Of a DNA stretch of 64,000 nucleotides, positions 49,401 to 63,391 are shown in pieces. Position 1 is the stretch's first letter; every line of letters starts with the position of its first letter. The translations under genes and the position numbers were made by a program. The notes beneath the pieces were generated by a model. It made no database searches. It was given only the letters and a program-made list of their open reading frames with translations, and had not been told where the DNA came from. Source of the stretch: Enoplolaimus lenunculus (taxonomy: Eukaryota); contig JASANG010001881.1 in assembly GCA_030248215.1 (NCBI GenBank), forward strand, positions 124,001 through 188,000. Direction: 5' to 3'.

Positions 49401-52400
49401 AAGACTTTCTATTAAATTGACGAATATATGTTAATGCTTATTTTTTGATACCCGGAAGTATCGCAGAAAATATTGTTATTCATTTGAACTATTTCTGTTC
49501 ATATTACTTATGAATGAAATTTTGTTCCAGCTCAAGCCAACGTCGATTGAAAAAGAAGTATTCCCAAAAATGGCTTCCGATGGCGAACTCTATGCATTTG
49601 TATTGCAAGGTAAATATATTTTTTGTTTTGTGATTTGTTTTTTATATAGATCTTTAGTGTTATATCGCTGACATTTCGCTAGGTGGGGCTCAGTCCACAG
49701 GCCGAATCGCCCACGCGAAATACCTTTCATGTTCAGCACACCCAGTTGAAAAATGTACCTTATTTGAAATTGTTCTTATATAAAATCAAAAAGACGAAAA
49801 CATGGGTTAGCGTCACCTTAACCCGATTTGCCGCGGGGCTTTCTAAATGCGTTTCCCATTCGACAAATTCCCCGGGCCGAGTCCAGTGGCACCTCCGAAA
49901 AAGTTCCCCGCTCGAGATTTGGCGATCGAAATGCCACTACCGATACCTAAGATTTACACCCATGCTGCGAAACTTGGAAATATATATTGCGCATGTGAGT
50001 TATGTAAGTAGTCCTTTTGTGCTTTGAAATCTACGATACCGATACCCTGATTTTAGCTATGTTGATATATCGGTTCAACACTATTTTATATATTTTATTT
50101 TTCATTGTGTTATTTTGAATTGGGCTTGGTCTTGGAACCATTGCAGATACGGGCGGTTTTTGGTTTCTGCCACAACGCGAATTTTGAAAAATTCTAAGGG
50201 TTTTTCGATAATCAAAATGCCTATGCAAAGAAACTGTTTACTTGCAGGGGTTAAAAACTTGGGGGAAACCAGGCCTACAGTTTCCGTGAAAGATGGTTTG
50301 ATTTGCTTCCAAAATTGCATAAATCTTGGAAAATTCTTTTAGCCGGCTTCTAAGCTTTGAAATTTTTAACTATTTAGTGTTTGATTCCGTAAAATCTATA
50401 GTTTTTTATTGGTGTGATATTTAGTGTTGTGTTGCAACCTTTGTGCTACCTGTTATCACTTGTCCAGCCTGCTTCTGTCGTGAAAGTGTTGTGTCGTCAC
50501 GAATAATGTTAATATTTTTTGAATTCTCATACGAGATGTGTGTGAATGTGTGCTAAAATCTGAAAAAGTAGCCCACTTATACCATTACAAAATGTAACTG
50601 TTTCAGAGGAACTATCAAGTAAGTATATCATTTTGAGTCCTCATATTGTTATGGCTTAACAAAATATTAGCTATCCGAATGATACGTACGCATTGTATCT
50701 TTTCAAGAGACATATTTTTTCGTAGTTCAGTGATTGTGAAACCGTAATAGGTCAGATGTTTTGCAAAACTTTATTTGAAAGTTTTTGTTACAAAACATGC
50801 TGTGTAAAATTCGTGATGGTGTTCGACAAATTTATGCTAAACACAAAGCAAAATGAAACTTATTGTTGGAATTATAATACAAATTACAATTTAGCTTCTT
50901 ATTTTGTTTCGTGCTGATTTGACGAAATTTTGCTATTTTTGAAAACTAACACTGTGTACGCAAAATATTGTGGAAAATGCTTTGTTTCGAGCTTATGGTA
51001 ATTCTGTATTTACATGATGATATAAAACAGGCCCATGTTAATTATAAGGATTTACCCACTGGGTCACTGGGGCACTTAGAGACAGGAAATCTTAACCTTA
51101 GGCTTAGGCTTAGTAAGCAAGACCTTATAATTAACATTGCCATAAAAGTTTAGTATTTATCATGTGTAGTAACCGTGCGATGCCCGAAGGTGTTCGCCTG
51201 TTTTAGGCTTTTGGATGGACATTGGACAGCCTCGTGATTTTCTTCGTGGTACAGCGCTGTACTTGTCTCACTTGCGATCTCGAAGTCCATCACAACTTGC
51301 CTCAGGCTCAAGCTTTCAAGGAAACGTTCTTCTAGTAAGCAAGCGCCGTATTTTCAATCGTTATAACAACTACCATCAGTTGATATTAGGTTAAACATGA
51401 ATAACTACACCTACGAATAAAAAACAGCACACGTCATGATATTAGGGCAACGTAGGAAAATGTTGAAATATCATGAACATTGAATTGTGGATCGAAACTG
51501 ATAATTCGTGTGACCATCTAGCGATAGGTATTGAATTATTTTACAGCCTTTTGAAAACTTGAATGCTTGTGTTTTTATGTAAATAATAGGCGTGAAAATC
51601 GTGCCAAATGTTTTGGTAAAACCCGCTTATTAGTTGCATCTAAACATGACGCGTATCTTCAAATGACGTCACCTGCCCAAAGTATACCTACTACGAGCGC
51701 TATTGCAAGTTTTGGCTGTGAAATGCAAAATGTTTTGATTCATTTCACGCACGAACAACGCAATTAGAAGCATAAAACCGTACACTCCGTCTTTGGTATT
51801 ACCGTAAATATTTCGACCAAACAGGACTTGACTACTTTCGCCGAGATTAATTTATTATAGTTTCATATTTGTCTTTGTTTTAGGATCCTGATGTCAAAAT
51901 TGGTGACGATTGCCGTATCGGTCCGGATGTTGTTGTTGGCGCTGGTTGTGTGATTGAAAATGGTGTTTGCCTCAAAAATTGTACAATCTTTCCAAACACA
52001 CATATAAAATCGCATTCTTGGATCAATAATTGCTTGGTCGGTTGGAAGTGTCACATTGGACATTGGGTAATCAGTTTCAAAATTTTGAAATTTTTTAAAA
52101 ATCTTATATAATTTAAATTTAAATTCTGTTTTGAAGTTTTGCTATGTGGATGCGTGTATGACATCTGTCTGCTTGAAAGCTACAGGTCATTATAACATTG
52201 CCAGCGCAAGATAGGTAATTGTGATATACTGCGCAGTTAATTCTACGGTAACTGTGCAAACGTGTGATAACATTTGAGTATGTTTTAATCCTATTATTGA
52301 TTTTTCTGTTTAGGTCCGAATGGAAAATTTGTGTATTCTCGCCGAAGATGTAACAATACGCGACGAGTTGTATTTTTATGGCGTTAAAGTATTGCCTCAT

Positions 52401-52445
52401 AAAACGTTGTCAAGCTCAATCCGTGAACCAGATATTATAATGTAA
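46404..52445 (+). CDS. GMPPB: Mannose-1-phosphate guanylyltransferase beta (GDP-mannose pyrophosphorylase B), 8 exons, 360 aa. Exons: 46404-46538, 47362-47491, 48082-48221, 49087-49242, 49531-49609, 51207-51334, 51884-52066, 52314-52445
   Basis: [75 protein letters not shown]-terminal hexapeptide beta-helix, ends PDIIM. All introns GT-AG and in phase. Confidence 0.97.
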
Positions 52446-52516
52446 AGTTGAAAAATAATGTTTATGGCTTTCATTATACTGGTAGAATTGTGTTATTACA
52501 GCGACCGATTTTTGCG

Positions 52517-52518
52517 TT

Positions 52519-52550
<32 letters not shown>
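52517..52550. repeat. (TTG)n microsatellite in GMPPB 3' region
   Basis: Direct inspection. Confidence 0.9.
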
Positions 52551-52551
<1 letters not shown>

Positions 52552-55500
52552 CCTGTTTGTGTTACGTTTAGGAGCGTCTCGTTTTTCGCTATCGGGACTG
52601 TCACAGAATAAACTGAGGTTTTAGACTTGTTTTTTGCCTAGGCGTAGGTTTAGTTTAAAAACTATCGTTACACTGAGACAAAGGTGATGGTATATGGTTG
52701 GGTTATACGCTCCGAAAAAGTAACATTTTCCGTTGTTCTTGCTTATAGCGGTGGTTATTTCATATGTTCTCTGAAACCGCGTAGTTTGAAATGAACGTGT
52801 ATAGCATCTGCATTAAATTGATGAGAAATCTGAGAACTTCGGAAAAGCTACTCAAGGCCCAGTGGCAAAGCCTGGGAGTGGCTTCAAACTTTTTTCTAAA
52901 CTAAGAAACGAAGACGTATCTCACAAAAATGCCGTAAGAATGCAGATGCTACAACTGTGCATTATGGGTTTTCTAACCACGTATATATTCTTTGCTACAT
53001 CCTTGGAGCTGATGACATTGGCGTATTTTTAGGTAGACATTTGGGTCTATGGTCAGTACAGGGGCCTGCCCAGCAAACCTAAGGCTAAATGTAAGCGTAA
53101 GCTTCCTGGCAGTACCGTTTATGGTGCCCCATACTTTCCGAATGGAGGTCCTTGCACGTAGGGACCACTCACAAAATTTCAGGAATAACGATTTATTGCA
53201 TCGAACGGAATTTTTCCGAATAATCATTGTCTGGCTTCAAGCTCGCTTCGCTGGCGAAATTCTTACGCTGTTCTTTTCTGTTGTAGTGTTTAATTGCTCG
53301 GACGCTCTGTTTTAGTACCTGTCAGACGCGTAGCCAAAGGGCTGTTGGTCTAGACTCCCAATCAGTGAAATAAGGAACGCTTTGCGACTGTTGCAAAGAA
53401 ATTTAACCATGAAATTACGCCTAGCTTCTCCCTCGCTTCGCTTGCACAGACTTAAAAATCAGGTGGAAATGAGAGGATTATTGAATTTGCGGCGCGTCGC
53501 ATTAACTTTGGTGGTTCACACCTTAGGCGCAGCACTGCCTCCAAGTCTCTAATTCCCCAAGTCGTTCTGTTTCTTAATGGGCAGGCCTCTATAAGTGACA
53601 CGGGACAACGTTTGGATAGATTTAAAAAGCATTGATAATCATATGATAAATAATAACAGATGTGTAGGTGGGGGAATACGTCAGCAGCGTCAACATTTAT
53701 GTTTGTGCTTATCGAAAATTATTGGAAATATATTTGATAGTGAATGAATTGAACAAAGTATGAAGTCAAATTTTGGTGAAATAACAAACTGTATGGGTAT
53801 GTTATCAAGGTTATATTTTTGAATGAAACGGAACAAATTGTAAATTTTACAAAGAGATTGATTGCTTGGAGTAATTTTTGAAATAACATTGTAAAATATC
53901 ATCTTGCTGTTTTAGCTATTGTTAACTGTATGAGTATTTCCACTGGAGGACGGGAAGACAGAGAGGCTTTGGTATAGACTTAGGTTTGGTGTTATGTTTA
54001 GGCTTATGCATTAGTTGGTAGACCATCAGAGCTGGCATGGTCCGAGCTGTGTTTTAGGCAATTATTGTGTATTACTCAGGATTGATTTTACGACACGAAG
54101 TTGGCAAATGAATATCGTTTGTTTATTGAAGTGTAAAACATATTAAGTAGTTTATATATCGCTGGTGTTTTGTTTTTAAGTATATTTTTTGTTATTGTGA
54201 AATGTGACGCGTGTAGCCTTTGTTTTTAAATTTACTAATAGAAAAATGAAACCTTTGTTTTAAAAATTAAATTATTTCAAAGTTTCGGTGTTTTTTTGTG
54301 CGAAGTCAAAACCGAAAATACAATTCTGCCTAATAAGTTTTGTTCATGTGACGTTCCGTGGGCCAAAATTTTTCGATGCCGGATTTATTCGAATGTACTT
54401 CTGCTGCATTTGCTTGTTTGTTTTTGTTCTAACGATATTTATGTTTTATTGCTGGTTGCACGGTTAGATGTAATTACTTATATGTCATTCCACGTCGACG
54501 TCGCCTTTAATTATTTATTGACTGGTTTATTTGAATGTTATATTCTATTAAATATATTGGGTGTTAAATTCTTTATGAGCGAATAGGTCTTTCTATTTTG
54601 ACTTATATACTACGGTAATTGTGTGCCGATCTCGCGCAGATTCAAAAATTCAAACTCTTCATGGCTTTGGCCAACATGTAGGGGTTGTAAATAGTTGTTA
54701 GTTTCGCATTTCGTCTTTGTACCTAATAACATTCCAAACTCGAAGCCAAAAAGATTAGTCTCGAGGTTTAAGCTTCAGTAGCAGTCCATCAGAACAGCGA
54801 TCCGCCCCTAATCTATATATGGGCCATTTCACTTGTGCTATTTTTGGGAAGTATTTGAGGTTCTATTCTCGTGTTTACTGTGTCAAAATTCAACTCAACT
54901 TGACTCTGGCGGAGCCGAATTATGGCTCAGTTTGTGTAGTCTGGAAAAGCCTATTTCAGAGAGAGTCAATTTGACTCACCATTATTTGCAGTGTAGCAAT
55001 CGTCATTTCTATAGTTCAGTCCCTTTAGCTTAAGATTGCGCGTCAAAAAGTTTAGTTGATGTCAGCCGCTTCGCTACTCCAGACCAGGAACCTCCATCAG
55101 GCGAACATCTCAGCAACGCAAAAAATATCTAAATTTTTCATTAAAATTCAAAACAATTTTCTAGAAAGTCAAGCAGGTCCTCAAACTCGTTCGCGGTTTA
55201 TAATTTACTTTGGATCAATTTCCTGTATACGTCAAAACTCAATTTACAGCGCCACTTTCTGGTGTGGGCTAATGCCGAGAACGGTTCTTGGCATAGGTAC
55301 AGTTTCCTTTTCGGGTCATGTTTTGCTGTGACCAAAATTAGTTTTTGCTGCGTTCTACGGTTACTTTTAACTCAAAAACCAAGTTTTGTGAGGCTTATAT
55401 CGAGGTTGACTGTTTCTTTCGGCCGACATAATGGAATTTGGCATACGTTTGTTTACAGTTGAAATTTAATTCGGCAGATTTTGCGGAATATATGGCGTAT

Positions 55501-56695
55501 TGCTCAAGCCGTATTTCAGATCAAATCCGAATTGAGCGGGTCCAAAGTGGAATTATGATTCGGTATAACCTTTGAAACAGGATGAAATTCTAATGGATGA
55601 TCGTGTCTGTTTGAGCATAGCTAAAGCGGAATTTTATTCGAAGCCATTATTTGGATATTTAACTAATCACAAATCCTTCCTGCAGTTTGATAAGAGAGAA
55701 TTTCACATCCCACTAATCCACGTCTTCTTAGTCCCGTTTTGTAGACTGGCCCAATTCGGAATTGGCCTAAGAATTGTGGGTCTGGTTACGGTATGCATTA
55801 CCGTTGTGTATTTCAAATAGGTAAAAAGGTTTTTTCAATTTTCAATTATGGAAAATCTGCAGCAAACAGTGCAGCATGCAGCTGACCATTCCGGTTTCAA
55901 AACTAAATTTTCCGCTGGTTTGGTTGCGAAAACTGGAAGCATATGTATTGCTTCGAAAACGGGAAACGTGGAAAAGATGGTAAGATTTGGTTTGTTTGGC
56001 TGGAAAATTGGAATTTGCTGTTCGGGTCGGAAAACGGAAAAAATATAAAATTCAAGCGAGTACGTTTTCCTTTAGTTTGGTAGGCAGCAGGGTGCAACCG
56101 GAGGTGAAAAATACCGGAACCGGAGGTGAACGAAGCTTGCTGAAGCCGGAGCCGGACGTGAAGCAAAATTTAGGTAGTAATAATGATAGTTAATTAGTTA
56201 ATTTTAGCCAATATCTGCAATACGTTGTTTTCGTTACCACGGTTTTATTTGGTACCCTTGTTTGGATGTAGGAAAACTAACGAATCTTATACCAGGCGTC
56301 CAGTAGACTGTCATTCTCCGGTATTAAAAGTTGCTTGTTTTGCCTAGGAAATGTTTTGAGGTAATACTTTTTACCTAAACCTTAGCATAACCGCTTTCCT
56401 TGGCACAAACCAAATACAAACGTTGTTGGCCCGGTAAACATCATGAATTAAATATTATATACAAACTAAACATTTCTATACCAGTAGATACTTAAACCAG
56501 ATTTCTGGTTCGCTTTTGTAACATTTTCTCGGTTGCTATGACATAAATTCTAAACAAACCATTAGTTTCCGGCCACTGTACAATTGGATATTTGCCTTTG
56601 TTTCCGGTTCCGGTTTAAACGGCGCCATGGGTTTTTATAGTAGCAAGTTTTGCCGAAGGTTCCGATAATTTTTATGATAATGATTTCGAATTTTT

Positions 56696-56936
56696 GGCCA
56701 ATGTAAAGAACAGGGGCGGAACAGTATTATAAGCATATCCTAAGCCTAAGCCTAAGCTTAAGCTTTAACGTAAGAACGAGTTTATTCCTAAGCCTAAGCC
56801 TAAGCCTAAACTTTAGCGTAAGAATGAGTTTATTCCTAAGCCTAAGCCTAAGCCAAGCAAAAAATTAGTCTAAAGCTTAAGTTTACTCTATTGCAGTCCA
56901 ACAGAAAACGTTCCGTCCCTTATCTTTACATATCCT
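56696..56936 (-). mobile_element. GGCC-ended TTAGGC MITE (subfamily a)
   Basis: GAATTTTT duplicated on both sides. Confidence 0.85.
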
Positions 56937-58879
56937 GAATTTTTTTATAAGAATGGCGAAATAGAATTACAATGTTGTAGTTTGTAAGCTTAAAGTTGAA
57001 GAAATTGTTTCAAATATTAGAAAAAACATACTCTTATTCCCTATTAACAAAGCTTGATAGGTTTTCCCGACTTTGAAATCGTAGTTTTATAACGCGACAG
57101 GAACCCTGGCATAATTCAAACATTATATCAGTGGTGAAATATTCAATCCGATCCTTTAGGTAAAATGCTAAAACGAAGGTGCCAGGAATATAATTGTAGT
57201 TCAGGCATAAAGCCTATTATGCCATACATTCGAGAAAAAAGAAAGCGAAAGGGGTAAACTTCTCACGACCCCTCAAGCTGTGTGCAATACTACTAAAATG
57301 ACAAAAGTAGATCTACTTTTGCAGGGGGGTTATGTTACCAATTGTGCCCTTTGTATCTCGTTTGTCACATACCCATAGCAAGAGATAGACGCAACCTATA
57401 CGAATAGTTTGTTAGCTAGCGACGATTCATAAGAGTAGCTTACGTTTATAGCTATGGGTAGTAGCCTTTGGATTGTTACTCATATGGGTACGTTACGATT
57501 GTTTAACAATACTTATAGTTAGTGTGATTTTTTATATTTTTTGAAAGATATATAGTAAAAACTTAAACCATAAAAAATAACACTCATTGTGCTGAGTGGT
57601 TTTAAAGTGTAAGTTTAAGGTTCATTATTTTGGCATCTATATGGGCTACGAGCAGACATATTGACTCTACCTATATGGGTTAGTCGTTATTTCGAAAACC
57701 TAGCTACTGTATTGACCAGAATAAGAAGCGGTCCCCATTTTGAGGCCCAATCAATAGGAGTCCGTATTTATAATATGAGTCCGTAAGCGGATAAAGTCCC
57801 TAAACCCTAATTCGAGTCCATAAATTAGTGTTCCCCGCTATGGGCGTAATGACAAAAAGGTACCAAGCGCACAATTGGTAACATGAACCCTTGTATTGAC
57901 ACGAATAAGAAGGGGTCTCCATTTTGAGTCCCAATCAATAGGAGTCCGTATTTCTAAATTCATGTACTAAAATAGAGTCGCAAACTACAATCTTTATCAA
58001 CTAAACCCTACAGAGCATTCAAGTTTTCAAATTTACTTCACAAACAGTTTCGGTTTTGCTGTTTGCCTTTCGCTGATAAAATTTTAATGAGAATATACCC
58101 GGTTTTGAGTAGTCAAACTTGTTTGTAGGTTTCGACGTTGCTACATTTGAAACCGTAAGCTTGATTTGGATGAAGGCAGACTCCTGTACCGGCCTAATTA
58201 GGAGGTACCTTATGGTACATTTATGTGTATTGAAACCAAATATGTATACCTTTTCACGTTGAATTACAATAGTTGAGTTAAATTTGATTGGTCAATTTTG
58301 ATGCAGCTATGTCGGTGTCTGCGAACGGATAGCAAAAATACCGGAACCGGATAGTGATTAAAATAAAACCGTAGTGAGGATATTAGACGAAAAAGGTATT
58401 AAGAGTCCGGGGTCCTTATTTTGAGTGTTAACCAATAGTAAATCAATACGAGTCAGTTTCTCTAATAAAAGGGCGTAATTTGATGTGGTCCAAAATTAAT
58501 ATTTAGTCCACAAAGGCCAATTATTCTAATTAGATTGCGTAAAATGATGCTTGGGCCAAATTAAGTTCAATACAGAATTTGATTTATTACTCAAAGTATA
58601 AAACTGGAACAAGATAACTAAATAGCATTCCTAAACCGAATAGCGAGTGGCGTTTCATGCCAAATAACTTTTCACGCTTTTATTTGGGTCACTACAGTAT
58701 ATACTGGTTTAGATTTAGGTTAATATAGTTTGTGCCAGTTTTATTTACCTATGCATATATATTCGTTTGGTTTACTAAAAGTGTATTAACCAAATTGCTG
58801 ATGCGCATGTAGTAAGATTTATTATGCTTCTACTGCGTAATGAACCTGAACATTGCTTACGGTGAACCATAACCTAAAT

Positions 58880-61800
58880 ATGGAAATTAACGTTGACTCA
58901 AGTTTACCATCTCGATACATGGTCCTCTTATGCGTGTTGTTTAGCGTTGAAACGATCGCAATCCCGGAACCAGAACTTACCTCAGGCGCTCCGTGCGTTC
59001 ACGATTCGAACGTCCTTGTGACCAAAATGCTGTCACGCCACGACCGTCGTAAAGTTCCCGTGCAACCGGTAACCGGTCAATCCGTCGTTGAAGGCACCGG
59101 AACTGGAGTCGTTGTGACAGTTGAAATTTGGGTTCAAGAAATTTCAAAAATCATTGAAACGTCATCCGAATTTGAACTCGACATCTACGTCACTGAACAA
59201 TGGATCGATACGTCGTTAGCGTTTGACGATTTCAATCCGTGCAAAGGCAACTTATCGCTGGACGCCGACTCGCTTTTGAGTCAAATTTGGACTCCGAACA
59301 GCTGTTTTGTCAACTCCAAAAATGCGTCGATTCACCGATCGCCGTACCGCAATGTATTTTTAATGATTTACTCAAACGGAACCGTCTGGGTCAATTATCG
59401 CCTCAAAATCATTGGCCCTTGCGCCAAAGACATGAAAACGTTCCCGATCGACCATCAACGTTGCTCGTTGACGTATGAAAGTTTCAATCACAACGTCGAC
59501 AATGTGATGATGCGATGGTTGGAGCCTCAGCCGGTGTTGTTGTTGAATAAAGTCCGTCTGCCTGATTACGATTTGACCAATTTCTATTGGAATCGCATCG
59601 AACGAGTAAACTGTGGTTGAGGCTGTTTCATTTATTTATTTATTTATTTATTTATTTACTTATTTATTTATTTATTTACTTGTTATTTATGTGTTTATGT
59701 ATTTATTTATTTATTATTTATGTATATATACATTTATTTATTTATTCGTTATTTATGTATTTATTTTTTATTTATTTTTTATTTTGTCATATATTAAATA
59801 ACTTGAATCATGCATTTATTTATATAATTTATTCGTTGATGCGTGTTTTTATTTTGTTTGTTTATTTGTTTGGTTGTTTTACTGTTTTTGGCGATTAATG
59901 ACATTGCAGATATCCCGATGCTGAACAACGTTTTGCTGTAATGATAATGTTTTCATTCAATTCGTATCCGTGAATATTTTGTATTTGCTTGTGCTCAAAC
60001 TTTGTCTCATTGCCGTCCGGTAGCTGGCTGTCGCAGTGTTTCGACATCCGGAAAAAAGTTTAAGACTGAATTTAGTAAATATTTACTCTGATGCTTATTG
60101 ATATGAAGTCTCGTAATTTTTCAAAAAAATTTAATATTAAAACTAAGTTAAATATTTGAATTAATACTCGATTAAAGAGGTCTGAAAAACAATATTCATG
60201 GACCTACAGGGATCCAGAAGATATTTTTAAAGGCTGATAATTGTATTTTGTTGTCTTTCTGAAAGTTTGGGAAGTTAATATATTCTATTTAGCGTCTTGA
60301 TTACCATCATACATCGGAACCCATTTCCCATAATTACAACCCTGCTGTCTTTGTGCCGTTAGGCAAAATGTAATATTTTTAGAATTATCCACCCGGTAAA
60401 TGGGACGAACTTACGGTAACGTTTATATTCGAACGTTTGTACGGATTTTACATTCTACAAGCTTACGTTCCAGCGTATCTGACTGTATTTTTGTCGTGGG
60501 TTTCGTTTTATTTGGGCGCAAAGTCAATTCCTTCACGAACGACAATTGGTGTAAACGCATTACTTGCGTTAACGTTTCAGGTAAAGTAAATTTGAGCAGT
60601 CGTTTTAAAGGAACGAAACAACGATCGCTAAAATGTTGGAGCTCTATAATTAAAGCTGGAATACACCACATACGTATTTTGGGCAAGTTTCCAGCATACT
60701 ACGAGATTGTTCTATAAGCAATAATTAGAAATTTTGTATACAGATTTTTATGCATTCGCTAACACTGTTGCGAATTGCGCAAAGTTGAACGACTAGTTAT
60801 TTGATTACAGATTTATGCACGCTTTATATCGAGAAAAGCGTATAAAAATGTAATTTAAATATAGACACAAGTATTTCCTATATAAAGCCTTCTGTAGGAT
60901 TTGGCATTTGACATTTATTTTAAATAATTTATACTGTTTCATTCTTATGGAACTTCAAAGTTAGTTTATCTTAAATTTTGAAGTCTTAAAAACGTTTTTG
61001 AATTTTACGTTGAGGCGTCATTGTTGCCAGAGGGGCAGGATAGCCGATGGAAAAACAACAACAACAACATTTTGCACACACGGTAAATTCCGATGAGTTA
61101 TTCATCTCAGAGAGAGAATTAATTATTTGTAGCCGTTTCTGAGTTAATAACGGTAAACATTAACTCAATTTGAGCTGATACAATGAATGGTGCGATAAAG
61201 TTCAATCAATTCAGAATTCTGAGTTTTAAAAGACCTATTCATGTTTCCTAAGTTGTAAGTCTGAGATTGTGGGGGTTCCCGTTGAACTCAATCACTGCTT
61301 AAGCCAGTACTACGTCTGATTGTGTAGTGTAAAATGAACACTTTTTTTACTTTTGACCCCTCCAGTACAAATCGAAGTACACTGAAGGTTGCCGCTACCC
61401 CCCAAAGAAGAACTTAATTAAAAATTTCAGGCGTTCAAATAATGAATTGCTCAGTGTGGGAGGTCTGGATAAAAGGAAAAACGTGCCATCATGCTTGGGG
61501 TCCTCTAAACGTGTAGAGGTTTACGGGGTGGCCGCTCCCCTGAGACCAGAATTAAACAAATTTTTCTATCTGGGAGGAATTTTCTGTTGTATCGGGTGAG
61601 CTTAAAAAATTACTCTACGTTTTTAAAATTGGCAACTTGTAGAAAAAATTGGTACACTGTTGTGTTATATATTTCTTCCATCAATCTTGTATTAACGTTA
61701 GTTTTAGTTATTTCATATTTAACTTTATTTACTAGAAACTATCGAGTTATTGAAGTATAATTAATATAAATTGCAAAAACGGTCAAATTGACTCTCTCCG

Positions 61801-63251
61801 AAATAGGCTATACGGAACTACACAAACTGAGTAAAACTCGACTCTGCCAGAGTCAAATTAAACTCACTGAGTCGCACGTATGACTTTGGCGGAGTCGAAT
61901 TTGACACAATTTGTGTAGTGCCTATTTCGAAGAGAGCCAATGTGACTCATCATTTTTTGCAGTGTAAAATATCTCTCAAATATTTGTTAAAAGTTGTAAT
62001 GTTTTGAATTTAAGGTTGGCTCAACCATTCAAAATTTGCCACGAAGTTCCGAAGTTAAAAGCATTGATGTTTGGGTGCTCGCGTGCATGGCGTTCATATT
62101 TTGCTCATTGCTCGAGCTCGCTCTCATTGGATTTATAACCAAGAACGAACAGGTAAACGTAATTCATTGGCTGATGTTATTCCTTTGTCGGCGGAAAACC
62201 TAACCAAATCAAAGCCTTAACACAGGCGTAAAGAATAAATTTACGAGCCAGTGGCCGGGTTTGTGAAACCCTACATAAGAATACAATTTAGGTACGTAAA
62301 ACCATTTTGTCGGTTTATAAGCTTGGTTAAGTTACCTAAATACTTGTCACTGACTAAATTTGATATATTACAAATTAACCGCTCATGCATACAAACCTTG
62401 GCTTAACTGAAATTGTACACTACTTAAGTAAAACTTAAGTGAATACTAGTAAGATTTTGGAGATCCAGCGAATATTTGATTTGTGGGACGTACCATTAAT
62501 CTAAACCTATCCTGCTCTGTTACTATTCCGCCGGAAACCGTAAGACTAATTTCAGAAGCGTCATGCGTGGAATTCAAGGGCCCTACCAGCGAGGTCAAAA
62601 TTTGTCTACTGGGCTGAAAACTTTTCTAGGAGGGAGCCTATCTGTACCCCCCCTTCTGGCTAAATGAGTTTATCTGCAATGAATGGAATTGAGTAAGACG
62701 AAAACCCAATGCATGCTGTATGCAATGTTTTCTACACAGAATATAACCAGTTGCGTACTTTTGTCTCTAAATCAGTGGTGTTCTTCGTTGAATTTACCTG
62801 CTGCCGTTTATCAAATTTGTCGTTGCTTTGGCCAATGCAAACAACAGGGGTGGAACAGTATTATAAGCATCTTCATAAGCCTAAACCTAAGCCTAAGCCT
62901 AAGCGTAAGAATGAGCATATTCCTAAGCGCTAAGCCTAAGCGTAAGCGTAAGAATGAGTTTATTCCTAAGCCTTCGCCTAAGTCTAAGCCAAGCAAAACA
63001 TTAGTGTAAAGGTTAAGCTTACTCTATTGCAGTCCCACAGAAAAACGTTCCGCCTCTGATCTTTACATGGGTCGTTGCTTTTCTACTTATTTTAAGTTTA
63101 GGATGCCGCAATACAATGTGACTGCTCATGGCTGTGCATGAAATGTCCGCTGTGGACTGCGAAAAAACTGGACGAGCTTGCAATAATTGCGTTTCCGTGC
63201 TGTTTTGGTTTATTCAATATTTACTATTGGGGATTTTTGGTTCGCATTTAA
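58880..63251 (+). CDS. acc-4: ACC-family Cys-loop chloride channel subunit, acc-4-like, 4 exons: 58880(or 58919)-59605, 60383-60580, 62015-62152, 63102-63251 (403 or 390 aa)
   Basis: [25 protein letters not shown], Cys loop [15 protein letters not shown], loop [11 protein letters not shown]2 [17 protein letters not shown], very short M3-M4 loop with [13 protein letters not shown]. The PSR and CxCSWLCMxC features match my recollection of C. elegans ACC-4; orthology not verified by search. Confidence 0.88.
59628..59880. repeat. (TATT)n low-complexity microsatellite, intronic
   Basis: Direct inspection. Confidence 0.9.
62830..63073 (-). mobile_element. GGCC-ended TTAGGC MITE (subfamily a), 28 bp upstream of the last acc-4-like exon
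   Basis: Perfect 8-bp TSD GTTGCTTT. Confidence 0.9.
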
Positions 63252-63391
63252 CCAATCAGAAAATCACAGTTGAAAACAAAGTCAATATATTCTTTGAAAA
63301 AAATTTTTCGCTCGCGACTCGCGCTAGAAAAAATAGCCATTTTACGAATTGTAATGTTCGTGAGCAAAATTTGGAGCAAGATTGAAAATTG

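Noticed and set aside
53360..53720. Possible LINE fragment (..RLHRLKNQVEMRGLLNL..)
   Set aside because: Resemblance to the RT thumb motif is too weak and no other domain is recognisable.
59587..59898. Hydrophobic FIYL-repeat ORFs
   Set aside because: Translation of the (TATT)n intronic microsatellite.
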